DNA of 64,000 bases from NCBI GenBank assembly GCA_951406725.2, contig OX597814.1:28520001-28584000 (forward strand). The letters are read 5' to 3'. Shown here in pieces: positions 1-14,032 of this stretch. This stretch comes from Octopus vulgaris. Its lineage: Eukaryota. The position numbers and the translations under genes are program-made. The notes below the pieces were generated by a model. It saw nothing but the letters and a program-made list of their open reading frames with translations. It ran no database searches and had not been told where the DNA came from. How positions within the stretch are numbered: the first letter of the stretch is position 1; the number at the start of each line of letters is the position of its first letter.

Positions 1-509
1 TTCGGAAAGTATTGCAACGCCATGAGCATCCACTGTGTACAGTTGTATTTAACACGTTCGTATCTACTCGGACACAGAAAGACACACACATATGGTCGCT
101 AAGGATTTTTTTTTTTTACTCTCGAAACAATTTCTGCATTAATATTTATCGAGTAGTTATAAACAGAAAATGAAAATTTTAGGAAGAAACTGAGTGGTAG
201 GTGTGTGGTTCTCTTCGATGAGCCCGTGCTCTCCACACCAATTCTAAAATGTTTTTATAGTTCCACTCAACTTTGCCATGGGCCGTGGATTGGGAAACAT
301 TACTCTACCGCTCTTATAATATTCCACTGATCCTTATTCTATGAAAAGTAAGAGTGACGTGTGGGGGTCTAACGTGTGTGTATGTGTGTGAGGTATTGTG
401 TCAAAGCGAGAAATCATGAAACCATTGCTGGATATAAAGTAATGTGTGCAGGAGAAGGGCAGGTAAAGGTCATAGGAGGAATGTCTTTCATCAGAAATGG
501 TAATGGGAC

Positions 510-511
<2 letters not shown>

Positions 512-563
<52 letters not shown>

Positions 564-590
564 GCAGCAGCAGCAGCAGCAGCAGCGACA
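512..590. repeat. (CAA)n/(CAG)n microsatellite
   Basis: Pure trinucleotide run; explains the polyQ, polyL and polyV ORFs. Confidence 0.97.
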
Positions 591-1312
591 ATAACAATGG
601 CTTTTAACACAATCATAATGTCACCGCTTAGAAAGAGTAGGGACGTCGACTTAATGAGCTCTAACACTTGACTGGCAACACATATTTTTTTACTTTTGCT
701 ATTCACTTTGATAGAATGAAAGTTAGAGTTTATCATAGCAGGATTTGAACTCAGGGTTTTATTCTTTCGATACAGCACGCTGCCGCCTCTACCTGCAACG
801 GCCCTCACAAAAGTTAATGTCTCTTCGTCACAAAAGCCTTTGAAGAGAGTAAAAGAATGTAAAATAAAGTAGACATGTTTATACAAACATTCCTACCTAC
901 CCAGGTACATGCATACATACATACATGAGGGCTGTCCACTCGGGACCGAGGAAGACCATCACTGACCACTGCACTCCAGCAATAAAGCCCATGCAAAATG
1001 CCAGCGATGCCCGTGCAAAATTTTTGGTCCCAATAAAGCTTGTAAAACACCTCAGAGACCCTCTCCATTGATACAATCTAGAGACAATCTAAGATTCAAT
1101 CTAGAGACAATCTGGTGCCCAAATATCTGGTTCACAGGCTCAGGAATGTGGGAGTGCCAAGAACTCAAGCGCAAGCAAAAGATCCCCCAACATTCTCAAC
1201 GCCACTTCCTGCATATCTGGTTTCATATCAGAGTAACCTTCAAGAGATATACTTTAAAAAATACTGAGGAGTGCCTCCTTCTCAGTGGTCTTCCAGCACA
1301 CCGGACTCCAGT

Positions 1313-1570
1313 AGAGGCGCATGGCTTAGTAGTTTTAGAGTTGGACACATGATCGCAAGATTGTAGTTTTGATTCCTGGACCGGGTTACGCGTTGTATTC
1401 TTGAGGAAAACACTTCATTTCACGTTGCTCCAGTCCACTCAGCTGGCAAAAATGAGTAATCCTGCGACGGATCAGCATCCTGTCCAGATGGGGAAATATA
1501 TACGCCATGGAAACCGGCCCTTATGAGTCGGCATGACACGAGAAAGTAACCTTTACCTTTGCCTTTTTTA
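1313..1570 (+). mobile_element. SINE family D (tRNA-derived head, CORE-like body)
   Basis: A/B-box head gaggcgcatggcttagt...ttgattcct, body ttcttgaggaaaacacttcatttcacgttgctccagtccactcagctg; flanked by caccggac(t/c)cca duplication (1299-1310, 1571-1582). Confidence 0.8.
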
Positions 1571-2086
1571 CACCGGACCCCAACATGGAATTTCTGAGTG
1601 CCTATGCTATTCCTAGATAGTTGTTGAACCTATGCTGGGCCCACTCGTCCTTTAGATAGGTCTTGTTTTTAGTCCTGCTGGGTTTCTAGTAACCCTCCTT
1701 TCCAGGTTAGTTTGGTGAGGGTGCCGGTTTAGTCACCGACGACCCGACTATGATGGAGGTTTATACTAGATTCCATGTTACCAATAGCAATCATGAGAGG
1801 CCTCACAAATGACCTGACATATACATACGCACATACATACATGCATAAATACGTACATACACACATACATACATACATGCATACATACGTACATACATAC
1901 ATACGTACGTACAGGCACTGGTATAGACATGTGGTTGCGGAATTTGCTTCCCAACAACGTGGTACATGCTTTCTATCCTATTGGACCGCACCTTGAGCAA
2001 TTATCTTCTACAGGAGCGATAAAATAACCGATGAGGGCATATGAGTACAATTTGGTTGGTGGAAAATATGCAGCCAACTCTGTATA

Positions 2087-2479
2087 GGCGCAGCAGTGGC
2101 TGTGTGGTAAGTAGCTTAGTTACTAACCACATGGTTCCGAGTTCATTCCCACTGCGTGGCACCTTGGGCAAGTGTCTTCTGCTATAGCCTCGAGCCGACC
2201 AAAGCCCTGTGAGTGGATCTGGTGGAGGGAAACTGAAAGAAGCCCATCGTATATATGTATATATATATGTATGTGTGTGTATATGTTTGTGTGTCTGTGT
2301 TTATCCCCCCCCCCAAACATCGCTTGATAACCGATGCTGGTGTGTTTACGTCCCCGTAACTTAGCGGTTCGGCAAAAAAGAGCGATAGAATAAGTACTAA
2401 GCTTCTAAAGAATAAGTTCTGGGGTCGATTTGTTCGACTAAAGGCGGAGCTCCGGCATGACCGAAACAAGTAAAAGAGT
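2087..2479 (+). mobile_element. SINE family A (tRNA-like head, internal (TA)/(TG) microsatellite, taaaagag tail)
   Basis: ggcgcagcagtggctgtgtggtaag...gcaccttgggcaagtgtctt...gaaacaagtaaaagag; about 20 homologous copies in the window. Confidence 0.92.
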
Positions 2480-3435
2480 ATACATCACTAAATGTGACTA
2501 GGGTGTTAAAAAACACTTACATTGCTAGAAATAGGAGCTAAAATGCTCTAATGCTGTAGTTAACGCACATGAATGAAAACATACACTAACAGGGATCATA
2601 GTTGTCCGAAAAGTGCCGACCGAGAATTCTTAAGACTGACGTCAGTTTTGTCAATTTCCGTTGCCTCATCAGTAAAGCCTGCTCGGTGTTCGGCTCCTTC
2701 CGGACCTATTTCTCTGTTAGTATATATATATCTTTTCGTCATTCAAATTAATGGATGATTTAACGATTCGCTAGTGTGTATACACAAAATTAATATAGAC
2801 ACCATGTTGCAATGTTAACTACAGCATTAAAGCAATTTAGCTGTTATTTCTAGCAAAATAGGTGCCTTTTAACATCCTAGTCACATTTAGTAACAATTAT
2901 AATCCTCCTTTTTGGTTAAACATTGCCACCTGCTGTTTATATTAATTTTGTGTATACACATTAGCGAAATCATTTTACTATGCTGCACCTAGTAGCTTTG
3001 GTAGAATCTCAGTTTTACGTTGTATGATTTTGTGAATGACCTTATATAGTTGAGTGCTCTTCGTCATCTGCTAGGGTGCGGATGTCTCCAAAATATAACA
3101 TCTGGCATGGCTGACATAACATGTTGGTTGTACAGCACGTAATAGTAGCAAGTAAAGCCCATCCTGCTTCGAGCATTAACTGTAAGTGGTTGGAATACGT
3201 GAATAAATCTCTTCTTTGTTCTTGTGCTAACAACGTCCTCAAATGCTTCATCGTCCGTAACCGTCTATAAGGCAAATAAAATAAGTTACAAGTGAACGCA
3301 GAGAAACCAAGTAGTTTCATGTCTCGTTCGCTTTTATATTTTTCAGGCGCAGGTATCGTTATGTGATTAAGAAGCTCGCTTTACAACCACAAAGTTCCTG
3401 GTTCAGTCTCACTGCGTCAACCCTTGAATAAATGT

Positions 3436-3439
3436 CATC

Positions 3440-3505
<66 letters not shown>
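3436..3505. repeat. (AGAT)n microsatellite
   Basis: Direct observation. Confidence 0.97.
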
Positions 3506-3507
<2 letters not shown>

Positions 3508-3993
3508 GTAAGTGAGATGTCGATATTATATATATATATATAAACGAAAAAGTATTGATACCTATTTTTGAAGTTGAAAGTAGCTTCGAAGTTGTGTGAG
3601 TCTCACACACTCACATACACACAAACGTATTTGTATAATACACACGCGTGTGTAAATAGCATATCGAGATTGACAGATAGAGGACGACATTGTTTTTTAC
3701 CATATATGGGTATATGCTTCCAGGCACATATACACACACTTCTGTGTTACACGTGACCTGATTATTTGTGAATGACAATTATTTGTATTTCTCACTATGC
3801 TCTTTATATCAAGAAAAGATGAAAGGAAAATGAAAAGGAAAAAGAGGAGCTTCGAGAAAGCCTTACGTCATTTAACCTGGAATATGAGCCTCGCTTATAA
3901 TTTTAGAACTTTAGGATGTGGTGGCGCGAGGCATAGTGGGTGCAATACGCTCTCACATCAGTCTCTCCTGTTGCGTCAGGTGAGGATGCAGAG

Positions 3994-4179
3994 TAGTGCT
4001 CTGCAACCGGTATGTGGCGGCACACTGGTGTGCCACGAGACGATACTAGGTGTGCCGCAGCGTAACCGGAATATAACTTTTTCCCCTATATTTTTAGTAA
4101 TATTTTTAGTTCAGGTGTGCCGCCGAATTTTCAAAGGAATATAAGTGTGCCGCAAGTGAAAAAAGACGTCAGAGCATTG
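3994..4179. mobile_element. hAT-like MITE
   Basis: Degenerate TIRs tagtgctctgcaac / gtcagagcattg, internal gtgtgccgc repeats; related partial copies at 54831-54940 and 55192-55311. Confidence 0.6.
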
Positions 4180-4181
4180 GC

Positions 4182-4196
4182 GGAGAGAGAGAGGGA

Positions 4197-4272
<76 letters not shown>
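4182..4272. repeat. (GA)n microsatellite
   Basis: Direct observation. Confidence 0.97.
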
Positions 4273-4274
<2 letters not shown>

Positions 4275-4512
4275 CGATGTGAAGGATTAAATTTATAGAA
4301 GTCAAGAAGTTATGTTCCAAATGACACTCATTGCTTTTGAGAAAGGACAGATTAGAATGTTGGCCCTGTGTTTCTTGCATTTAGGAAGGAAACGGGGTGA
4401 ATACAGCTGGAATGCTTTTGATCATAGGGCATCTTGAATAGGGCTGACCTAGGGTTAAACAACAATGCTATGTTTAGACTGGAAACACATTAAGATAATT
4501 AATAGATACATA

Positions 4513-4919
4513 GGCGCAGGAGTGGCAGTGTGGTAAGAAGCTTGTTTCCCAACAACATGGTTCCGGGTTCAGTCCGACTGCGTGGCACCTTGGGCAAGTG
4601 TCTTCTACTAAAGCCTCGGGCTGACCAAAGCCATGTGAGTGGATTCGGTAGACGGAAACTGAAAGGTCGTCGTATATGTGTGTGTGTGTGTGTGGGGGGT
4701 ATTTGTGTGTGTGTGTGTCTGTGTTTGACCCCGACCATCGCCTGATAACCGATGTTGGTGTGTTTGCGTCCCCTTGACTTAGCGGATCGGCAAAAGAAAT
4801 CGATCGAATAAGTTCTAGGTTTACAAAGAATAAGTCCTAGGTTCGATTTGTTCGACTAAAGGCGGTGCTCCACAATGGCCGCAGTCAAATGATTGAAACA
4901 AGTAAAAGAATAAAAGAAT
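4513..4919 (+). mobile_element. SINE family A
   Basis: Full-length copy. Confidence 0.92.
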
Positions 4920-4920
4920 A

Positions 4921-5295
4921 GGTACAGACGTGCTTGTGAAGTTAAGAAACTCATTTTGCAACCAGATGATTTCAGGTTCAGTCCCACTCTTCGGCATTTT
5001 GAGCAAGTTTCCTCTATTATAGCCCTTATGAGTGAAATTGGTGGACGGAAACTGTGTGGAAGTCCAGTATGTGCGTGCATGTACATGTGTGTGCGTGTGC
5101 ATTTGTGTTTGTCTCACCCACCTCACCGTCAGATAACCGCTGTTGGTTTGTTTACGTCATCGTAATGTAGCGGTTCGACATAATGTATAAGATTTTAAAA
5201 GAAGTTAATACTGGGGGCAATTTGTTCGACTTAAACGCTTCAGGGTGGTGCCCCAGTATGGCCACAGTCCAATGGCTGTGAAAAATAAAAGATAA
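4921..5295 (+). mobile_element. SINE family A, older diverged copy
   Basis: Same modules with many substitutions; directly tandem to the previous copy. Confidence 0.75.
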
Positions 5296-5384
5296 ATGTG
5301 GTGATATGTATGTAAGTATGCATGTATGCATGTATATATGTATGTATATATGTATGTATGTCTGCATATATGCATGTATTTTCA

Positions 5385-5945
5385 CACCGGGAAAATGCTT
5401 AGCGGTATTTCGTCTGCCGTTACGTTCTGAGTTCAAATTCCGCCGAGGTCGACTTTGCCTTTCATCCTTTCGGGGTCGATAAATCAAGTACCAGTTACGC
5501 ACTGGGGTCGATGTAATCAACTTAATCCGTTTGTCTGTCCTTGTTTGTCCTCTCTGTGTTTAGCCCCTTGTGGGTAGTAAAGATATAGGTATTTCGTCTG
5601 CTGCTACGTTGTGAGTTCAAATTCCGCGAGGTCGACTTTGCCTTTCATCCTTTCGGGGTCGATTAAATAAGTACCAGTTACGCACTGGGGTCGATATAAT
5701 CGACTTGATCCGTTTGTCTGTCCTTGTTTGTCCTCTCTGTGTTTAACCCCTTGTGGGTAGTAGTAAAGAAATAGGTATTTTGTTCGTCTTTACTTTCTGA
5801 GTTCAAATTCCGCTGCAGTCGACTTTGCCTGCTATTCTCTCGCGGATCGATAAAATACTTACCAGTTGAGCACTAAATTCGGTGTAATTGACTTACATAC
5901 CCTCTCCACAAAATTACTGGCCTTGTGCCAAATTTGAAATCAATA
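5385..5945 (+). mobile_element. SINE family B, tandem trimer
   Basis: Three head-to-tail units with gagttcaaattccgc B-box and the gtcgactttgcctttcatcctttcggggtcgat central domain. Confidence 0.88.
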
Positions 5946-6581
5946 TACGTTGTTCCCAAAACAGCACAAGACAAAAAACATGAGGCGTGATCAATTATAT
6001 CGAACCTCATTATTTGACCGATGTATTTATCTTATCGATCCCAGAACGATGAACACCAAAACTGATCCTTGCATGATTTGAACCCAAACGGAAGTTGATG
6101 TCTCTATTTTCCTAGTGTCATTTCGTTTCTCTTCCGTATTTTCATTGTCGTCACTTTGAACGAGAACGTTTTTTTCACTCATTAAGTTTCTATTAAAATT
6201 CCTTTCTACGAACAAATACAGCCTGTGCGTGTGTTTGTGTGTGTGCGTGTGCGTGTGTGGTTGTATGTATGTGTATGTATATATAATACATATGTAAGTA
6301 TATATATATATATATATGTGTGTGTATACTTTATGCATTGTGTGTGTACATTATTTATATATATATATATTTATATATATATATAAATAATGTACACACA
6401 CAATGCATAAAGTATACACACATACTTCTATATCGTTTTATCTATCTGTATATATATGTATGTATATGTATTCATATATAAATAAATATGAATATGCATA
6501 CAACACCCACACATATACATATACATACATACATTCATACACATATACACATCATAAATGTCATGATACAAATACAGTGTT

Positions 6582-6666
<85 letters not shown>

Positions 6667-7199
6667 CTGCGCGTGTATTTATTCAATAATGCACCCCTAT
6701 AAAAAAACAAACAAGCAAAAAAACAAAAAACAAAACGGAAAAAAAGAGAAAAAAAACCTAATGAAAAAGGTTAAGGGAGCCTTAAGGCTGCAGCATACGA
6801 CATCTCTAAGGTTGAAAAGATTGGGTAGGGTTAGGTAAACTGGGGGGGTCTGTTAATGTTCCCTTTGAAGTGATGAAGGTTCGCAATTGGTAAGAATAGT
6901 TCGGGAGGAAGGGAGTCGTAGGGTGAGTCAGTACAGATGATGGCGGTGTGTGTGAAGGTAGATGGAAGAAGAAGAAGAAGAAGGATTAAGGGAGGTGAAT
7001 GCTGTCTGACTGCGGATAAGGATTGTGCATGTTACTCAGTACAGTGCCTAAAAGTAGAATAGATAGAAATAATAGAAGATAAAGAGAGGGAGGAATAAAT
7101 AACAGAGAGGGAGAGAGAGAGAGAAAGTGTGAGAGAGGAGGAGGGAGGATATATATATATATATATATATGTAGGTGTGTGTGTGTGGGATGAGTGAGA

Positions 7200-7345
7200 G
7201 TTGATGCAGGGAGTGGGTCGGAAAGCTAAGATGCAGCGAATAGTTTTGCGTAGGGGAAGAATGGTGTGGAACTGGTCCACATAAAACAAGCCGAAGGACA
7301 TAAAACACACACAATATATATCAACGTCGTGTGTGCCTGTGAACG
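7200..7345 (-). pseudogene. Degenerate PLE GIY-YIG endonuclease fragment
   Basis: Minus frame FTGTHDVDIYCVCFMSFGLFYVDQFHTILPLRKTIRCI resembles the PLE EN motif FTCxSxNVIYCIxCxxCxxxYVGxT...R...HxxxI (pattern recognition only). Confidence 0.4.
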
Positions 7346-7463
7346 TCTATGTAAGTATTTGTATACGTGTATATGTGTGTGTGTGTGTGTGTATGGGGGA
7401 GTGAGTGTGTGTGTGTGTCCGAGTATACACAGTCACTAAGGAATCACATACACACACGAACTG

Positions 7464-7500
<37 letters not shown>

Positions 7501-7557
7501 CTATATATACATACATACATACATACATACACACACACACACCTATATGTATATACC

Positions 7558-7774
7558 CTTTTACTCTTTTACTTGTTTCAGTCATATGACTGCTGCCATA
7601 CTGGAGCACCGCCTTTATTCGAGCAAATCGACCCCAGGACTTATTCTTTGGAAGCCTAGTACTTATTCTATCGGCCTCTTTTGCCGAACCAATAAGTTAC
7701 GGGGACGTAAACACACCACCATCGGTTGTCAACCGATGTTGGGGGACACACACAGACACACAAACATATGCATG

Positions 7775-7838
<64 letters not shown>

Positions 7839-8003
7839 TACGACGGGATTCTTTCAGTTTGCGTCTACCAAATCCACTCACAAGGCTTTGTTCGGCCCGA
7901 GGCAACAGTAGAAGACACTTGCCAAAGGTTCCACACAGTGGGAATGAACCCGGAACCATGTGGTTGGTAAGCAAGCTACTTACCACACAGCCACTCCTGC
8001 ACC
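7558..8003 (-). mobile_element. SINE family A
   Basis: Full-length reverse copy with expanded (TA)n. Confidence 0.92.
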
Positions 8004-8029
8004 TCCGACCCTCCCGTGGTTAGAGGATG

Positions 8030-8290
8030 TATAAGGGTTCGACAATTTCTTACCGAACAAACACACAGATGATTTGTTCATAGTGATCAAATGTTTGTGT
8101 AGATATAAGCTCACTCCCTCCATGAGATCGACAGGCACAACGGGTGCCACATGTCAGCTGTCAAAATGTCGCAGAGCAACTTGAAATGAAGTGCTTTTCT
8201 CAAGAACACAACTCAACACCCGGTCTGGGAATCGAACCCACGACCTCGCAATCGTGAGTGTAACATTCTAACCACTAAGCCACGCGCCTT
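8030..8290 (-). mobile_element. SINE with family D-type head
   Basis: Reverse of aggcgcgtggcttagtggttag...ggttcgattcccagaccgg followed by the CORE-like segment. Confidence 0.7.
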
Positions 8291-8530
8291 CAAATAAATA
8301 ATAGAGAAAGAGAGTGTGAGAAAAAGAGAAAGAGAAAGAGTAGGAGGAGAGATATATATGTAGACGTGTGCAGGATGAGTGAGATGCAAGGAGCTGTCTC
8401 CCTCGTCAGTCATTAGATAAGTGCATCCCCGAGGCTAAGAGTTGTTCTGACTCTCATTTCAAGCAATACCGGTGCTGACTAGTACCTTTAGTCACTTTAG
8501 TGGAGTCTATGCTTCATAAAAATATATATA

Positions 8531-9510
8531 CAATGTGTGTAAGGTCTTTGAGGATATACATTTTTGGAGTCATTGCTGCATTTTTTGCTAACTCTGTATA
8601 ATCTTTGTTTCAGCAAATAATAATGGTAGACCCTCAGCTTACTCAAGAAATGAAGAAGCATGCTGTTATTGAGGTTATAAAGACTGAGCATAGCGATTTA
8701 GAAATATCTTTCGTCTACAAAATTTGTAAGAAACAAGAGACTGAAGATGGAAACGTATCACCAGTATCAAAGCATAAAAAGCATTCTAAGCGCTCTGAAA
8801 TTCACCCAGCAAGTTCAACAGACCATTGATTACAGTCTCAGAAAGTCCAAGAGGTCAATTGCCAAAGATCTCCATGTGTCAAAAGGAACAGTCAGAAATG
8901 TTGCCCACGAACACATCAGATATAAGTCTTATATGATGAGGAAAGACCAATTTCTCAGAAGGAGCAAGAGGAAATCTACATCAGATCTCTTTTACTCTAC
9001 ATTGAGATCCTGGAAATATTTGTTAAGCCCTGGATAGACAATGTATGCAATGGAAGGTCATATGTATTACAGTAAGACTCTGCACTATAACTCATGGCTC
9101 TAGTAACACAGGATTGGATGGCTGAAAGTTTTTATGATCACATAACCCCTAACGTTTGGCCTTCTAATTCCCATATCTCAGTCCATTGGACTATTACATG
9201 TGGAGCGTTGTTGAGAGAGAGGTCAATGAACACGCTCATAACACCAAAGTTTCTTTGAAAGCTGCTATAGTCAGAGTAATGTCCAAAATGAACCAGGACC
9301 ACTTGATTCTCATATAGAAGCAGTTGTTGAAGCTGAAGATAGTTTTATTGAATAACATCTAGAAATATATAATGTTAATATCTATATAACATTATAGAAA
9401 AGAATGTTTATTTTTATCCTCATAGCATTTTTTGATAAATAAAGTTTTAATCTGTTATTATATATCTGTTTCTTTATAAACATGTGGCCTCAAATATCTT
9501 ACTCACCTTG
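8531..9510 (+). mobile_element. Decayed Tc1/mariner-superfamily transposon (DD37D/maT-like)
   Basis: TA flanks, degenerate TIRs caatgtgtgtaaggtctttgagg / cctcaaatatcttactcaccttg; frameshifted transposase pieces KKHAVI..., RKSKRSIAKDLHVSKGTVRN, WPSNSxxLSPLDYYMWSVVEREVN. Confidence 0.85.
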
Positions 9511-9529
9511 TATACTATCGGTCGCACAT

Positions 9530-9720
9530 GGAAGCACTCCGTCGGTTACGACGACTAGGGTTCCGGTTGATCCGATCAACGGAACAGCCTGCTCGTGAAA
9601 TTAACGTGTAAATTTAGGTGTTTTCGCTCAATAAACACTCACAACGCCCGGTCTGGGAATCGAAACCGCGATCCTACGACCGCGAGTCCGCTGCCCTAAC
9701 CACTGGGCCATTGCGCCTCC
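9530..9720 (-). mobile_element. SINE family C (tRNA-derived), internally deleted
   Basis: ggaggcgcaatggcccagtggttagggcagcggactcgcggtcg head; 13-bp TSD atcggt(c/t)gcacat. Confidence 0.9.
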
Positions 9721-9788
9721 ACATCGGTTGCACATACATAGCGTATATGTTGTGTATATATACACCCAATTTGCCACAGAATAGCGCT

Positions 9789-10530
<742 letters not shown>

Positions 10531-11157
10531 GATAATAAGACAGATAAATACGCACACACATACATACACACGTACACACGCACAAGTATTGTGCGTATGT
10601 ATGTATTTATGTGTGTGTGTGTGTGTGCGTGCGTATGCAGGGCGGGGCGGAGATTTTTTGTGTAAGCACAAATATTTTATAGTATGCACATCTATTACAA
10701 GCATAGAATGAAGAATCGAAACCGTATCACACATTTGCAACATGCAAACTTAAAACACAATTAGCTATTCTTCTTATATACAGTCGTTGCTAGAAATCCT
10801 CAGCACCCATATAAGTATGTTTATGTACGCAGAAATCCTGCAAATTTATTTGATAAAAGAATTCCTATGTGATAAACTCACAAATCCATTTTAGTTTTTT
10901 TGATAAAGGAAATCTCTTGTAAAATAATGTACACAAACCATTTAAATATATTTGTTCAAGGAAGTCTTGTATGATAAATTACACACAACCAATCTGAATT
11001 TATTTGGAACGAGTTAGCAAACGAACCTCTTTCTGGCTGCTAAACCTGCAAGAAATAGCAGCCAAATTTCTCTTAAACGGATGCGTGACATAGATTCGAG
11101 TCTTCGATTTAATCATTAGTCATACTATTTCAGTCATTTATAAAAGTTCTATTAATC

Positions 11158-11228
<71 letters not shown>

Positions 11229-11530
11229 TATAAGAAAATTGCGTGATAGGGGTGCAGACGTGGCATGCTGACTATCATTGTTTGGTATTGCGTTGTTATT
11301 CTTCTCTTCCGTTTTACGAATTCAGTGTGCACATGCGCATTGCATGTTCAACCTTCTCTTTTCGGTTCCTACTCAAAACTGTTTACAGATCACAACCATC
11401 TCACGCACCTGCGGTCGTGAGGAACGTTTCGCGCTCCGACGGTTGTGAAATAAAGATATATTGTTATTCATGTGCATGTGTGCATGTGTATGACTGTGTG
11501 TGAGTAAGTATATATGTAAATCTTCCTTTC

Positions 11531-11574
<44 letters not shown>

Positions 11575-12580
11575 CCTATCTGTATCTACACACATACTAT
11601 TATGGAGAAGTGATGCCACAGCCATTCGATGTTTTATAGAAGCTCTTTTCAAAATTCCTATTTTATTTTTCACACATTAACACGGGCAAGCTGTGCTATG
11701 TAAAATGTTAGAGAAAGAAACCTAACTGTTTCTTGTAATACATACCAATACATAACTCTAAAGCAAAATGCTTAGGGGCCCTTAAAATATTATTGTAGAT
11801 CCCCAATATACTATTTTGTTTCAGGGGCCATATAGAATAAGTACTAGGCTTACAAAGAATAAGTCCTAGGGTCGATTTGATTCGACTAAAGGCAGTGCTC
11901 CAGCATGGCCGCAGTCAAATCACTGAAACAAGAAAAGAGTAAAAAGAGTAAAATGAGTATAATGTCTATTTTGTACTTACTATTTACGTTGATAATACTC
12001 GTGTATGTTCTCTCGTATTGAGAATCACTTATTCAGAATCTCCCTAATTGGCTCGTGGGTATGTAAAATTGTCCACCATGCCCACAAATACGTAGAATAT
12101 TTTGCATCCATATGTGTCGTTATAACTTTCAGAACAGACATCTATAAATATCTCTTATCAAAGTAGAAATAGTTACTTGATATCTCTGGCTTGTAAACCG
12201 TTGAAAGAACTTCGAATTGATATCGATTCCTTTTCTTTTCCTTTTTTTTTTTTTTTTTGCTTTTTTTCTTTTTCTTTTTTTTTTTTTTTTTTCGTTTTGG
12301 CTAGAAATCAATCACAAAACTTTAGATTTCGAAGGCAGATAACGTAAGATATTGAAATGTCCCTAAGCGGTCCTAAATAAATATTGAATTTTATTGAATT
12401 TCGTAATGAAGCTAAAGGTTGAAGACGTGTAGGCCGCTGCACCAGACGTAATAAACATGCCATTGTGTGTACCCGTGCTTGCGTGCTTATATAAGTGTGT
12501 ATTTGTTTTATGTACGTACGTACGTAAGTATGTATGTATGTATGTATGTATGTATGTATGTATGTATGTATGTATGTATA

Positions 12581-12992
12581 CTCTTTTCTCTTATACTCTT
12601 TTACTTGTTTCAGTCATTTGACTGCGGCCATGCTGGAGCACCACCTTTAGTCGAGCAAATCGACCCCGGGACTTATTCTTTGTAAGCCCAGTACTTATTC
12701 TATCGGTCTCTTTTGCCGAACCGCTAAGTCACGGGGACGTAAACACACCAGCATCGGTTGTCAAGCAATGCTAGGGGGGCAAACACAGACACACAAACAC
12801 ACATACATATATATATATATACATATATACGACAGACTTCTTTCAGTTTCCGTCTACCAAATCCACTCACAAGGCATTGGTCGGCCCGGGGCTATAGTAG
12901 AAGACACTTGCCCAAGATGCCATGCAGTGGGACTGAACCCGGAACCATGTCGTTGGTTAGCAAGCTACTTACCACACAGCCACTCCTGCGCC
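12581..12992 (-). mobile_element. SINE family A
   Basis: Full-length, within (TATG)n. Confidence 0.92.
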
Positions 12993-13008
12993 TATGTATG
13001 TATGTATG

Positions 13009-13039
<31 letters not shown>

Positions 13040-13567
13040 TGTATGTATGTATGTAATGCTTCAGTTTTATTTCAAAATTTTCTGCCAATAGAGAAAGATC
13101 CGGTTTCTAACCTAGATCCAAAGATCCTTCATTGGAATTTCAACATCAACAGGGTATTTTTGTTTCTATGTATGTATGCATGTATGTATGTATGTATGCA
13201 TGTATGTATGTATGCATGCATGTATGTATGTATGTATGTATGTATGTATGTATGTATGTATGTATGTATGTATGTATGTGTGCAGATTTGTATATTTGCT
13301 TTATGTATGTATTCTCATGCATATAGTTGCATATCTAGACATGCTCATATATATTTAAATGTATGTATGTATGTGAGCGCGCGCACGCGTGTGTGTGTAC
13401 GCACGTGATGAGTGTGTGAGCGTGTGTCTTTCCGTGCGCGCTCGCTCAGCTATATTGTGTGTTTATTGGCTGGTAAGCCGAAATTTCGATATCGCTTATC
13501 AACTTTATGTAAAAATGAATAAAAGATATAGTCTATAAATAAGTCGTTATTAATCCAGTAGTTTAAT

Positions 13568-13960
13568 GTGGCTGTGTGGTAAGTAGCTTGTCTACCAACC
13601 GCATGGTTCAGTCCCACTTCGTGGCACCTTGGGTAAGTGTCTTTTAGTATAGCCTCGGGCCGACCAAAGCCTTGTGAGTGGTCTTGGTAGACGGAAACTG
13701 AAAGAAGCCCGTCGTATATATGTATATATATATATATGCGTGTGTGTGTTTGTGTGTCTGTGTTTGTCCCCCTAGCATTGCTTGACAACCGATGCTGGTG
13801 TGTTTATGCCCCCGTCACTTAGCGGTTCGGCAAAAGAGACCGATAGAATAAGTACTGGGCTTACAAAAGAATAAGTCCCGGGGTCGAGTTGCTCGATTAA
13901 AGGCGGTGCTCTAGCATGGCCGCAGTCAAATGACTGAAACAAGTAAAAGAGTAAAAGAGT
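13568..13960 (+). mobile_element. SINE family A
   Basis: Near full-length copy. Confidence 0.9.
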
Positions 13961-13992
13961 AATAACTTTACATAAAAATAATTCAGGGAAAA

Positions 13993-14032
13993 TATTTTGA
14001 TTTTTCGGACGCTGGTCCTTCATCAGAAAATA
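13993..14032 (-). ncRNA. Minimal type I hammerhead ribozyme motif
   Basis: Minus strand: tatttt-CTGATGA-a-ggac cagc gtcc-GAAA-aaTC-aaaata; intact core, 4-bp stem II, 6-bp stem I, minimal stem III. Confidence 0.7.

Noticed and set aside
920-1800. Possible old LINE relic around the SINE at 1313
   Set aside because: No diagnostic motif that I can translate with confidence
2645-2676. Hammerhead-like CTGATGA...GAAA on the minus strand
   Set aside because: Stem II does not close and there is no UH cleavage site
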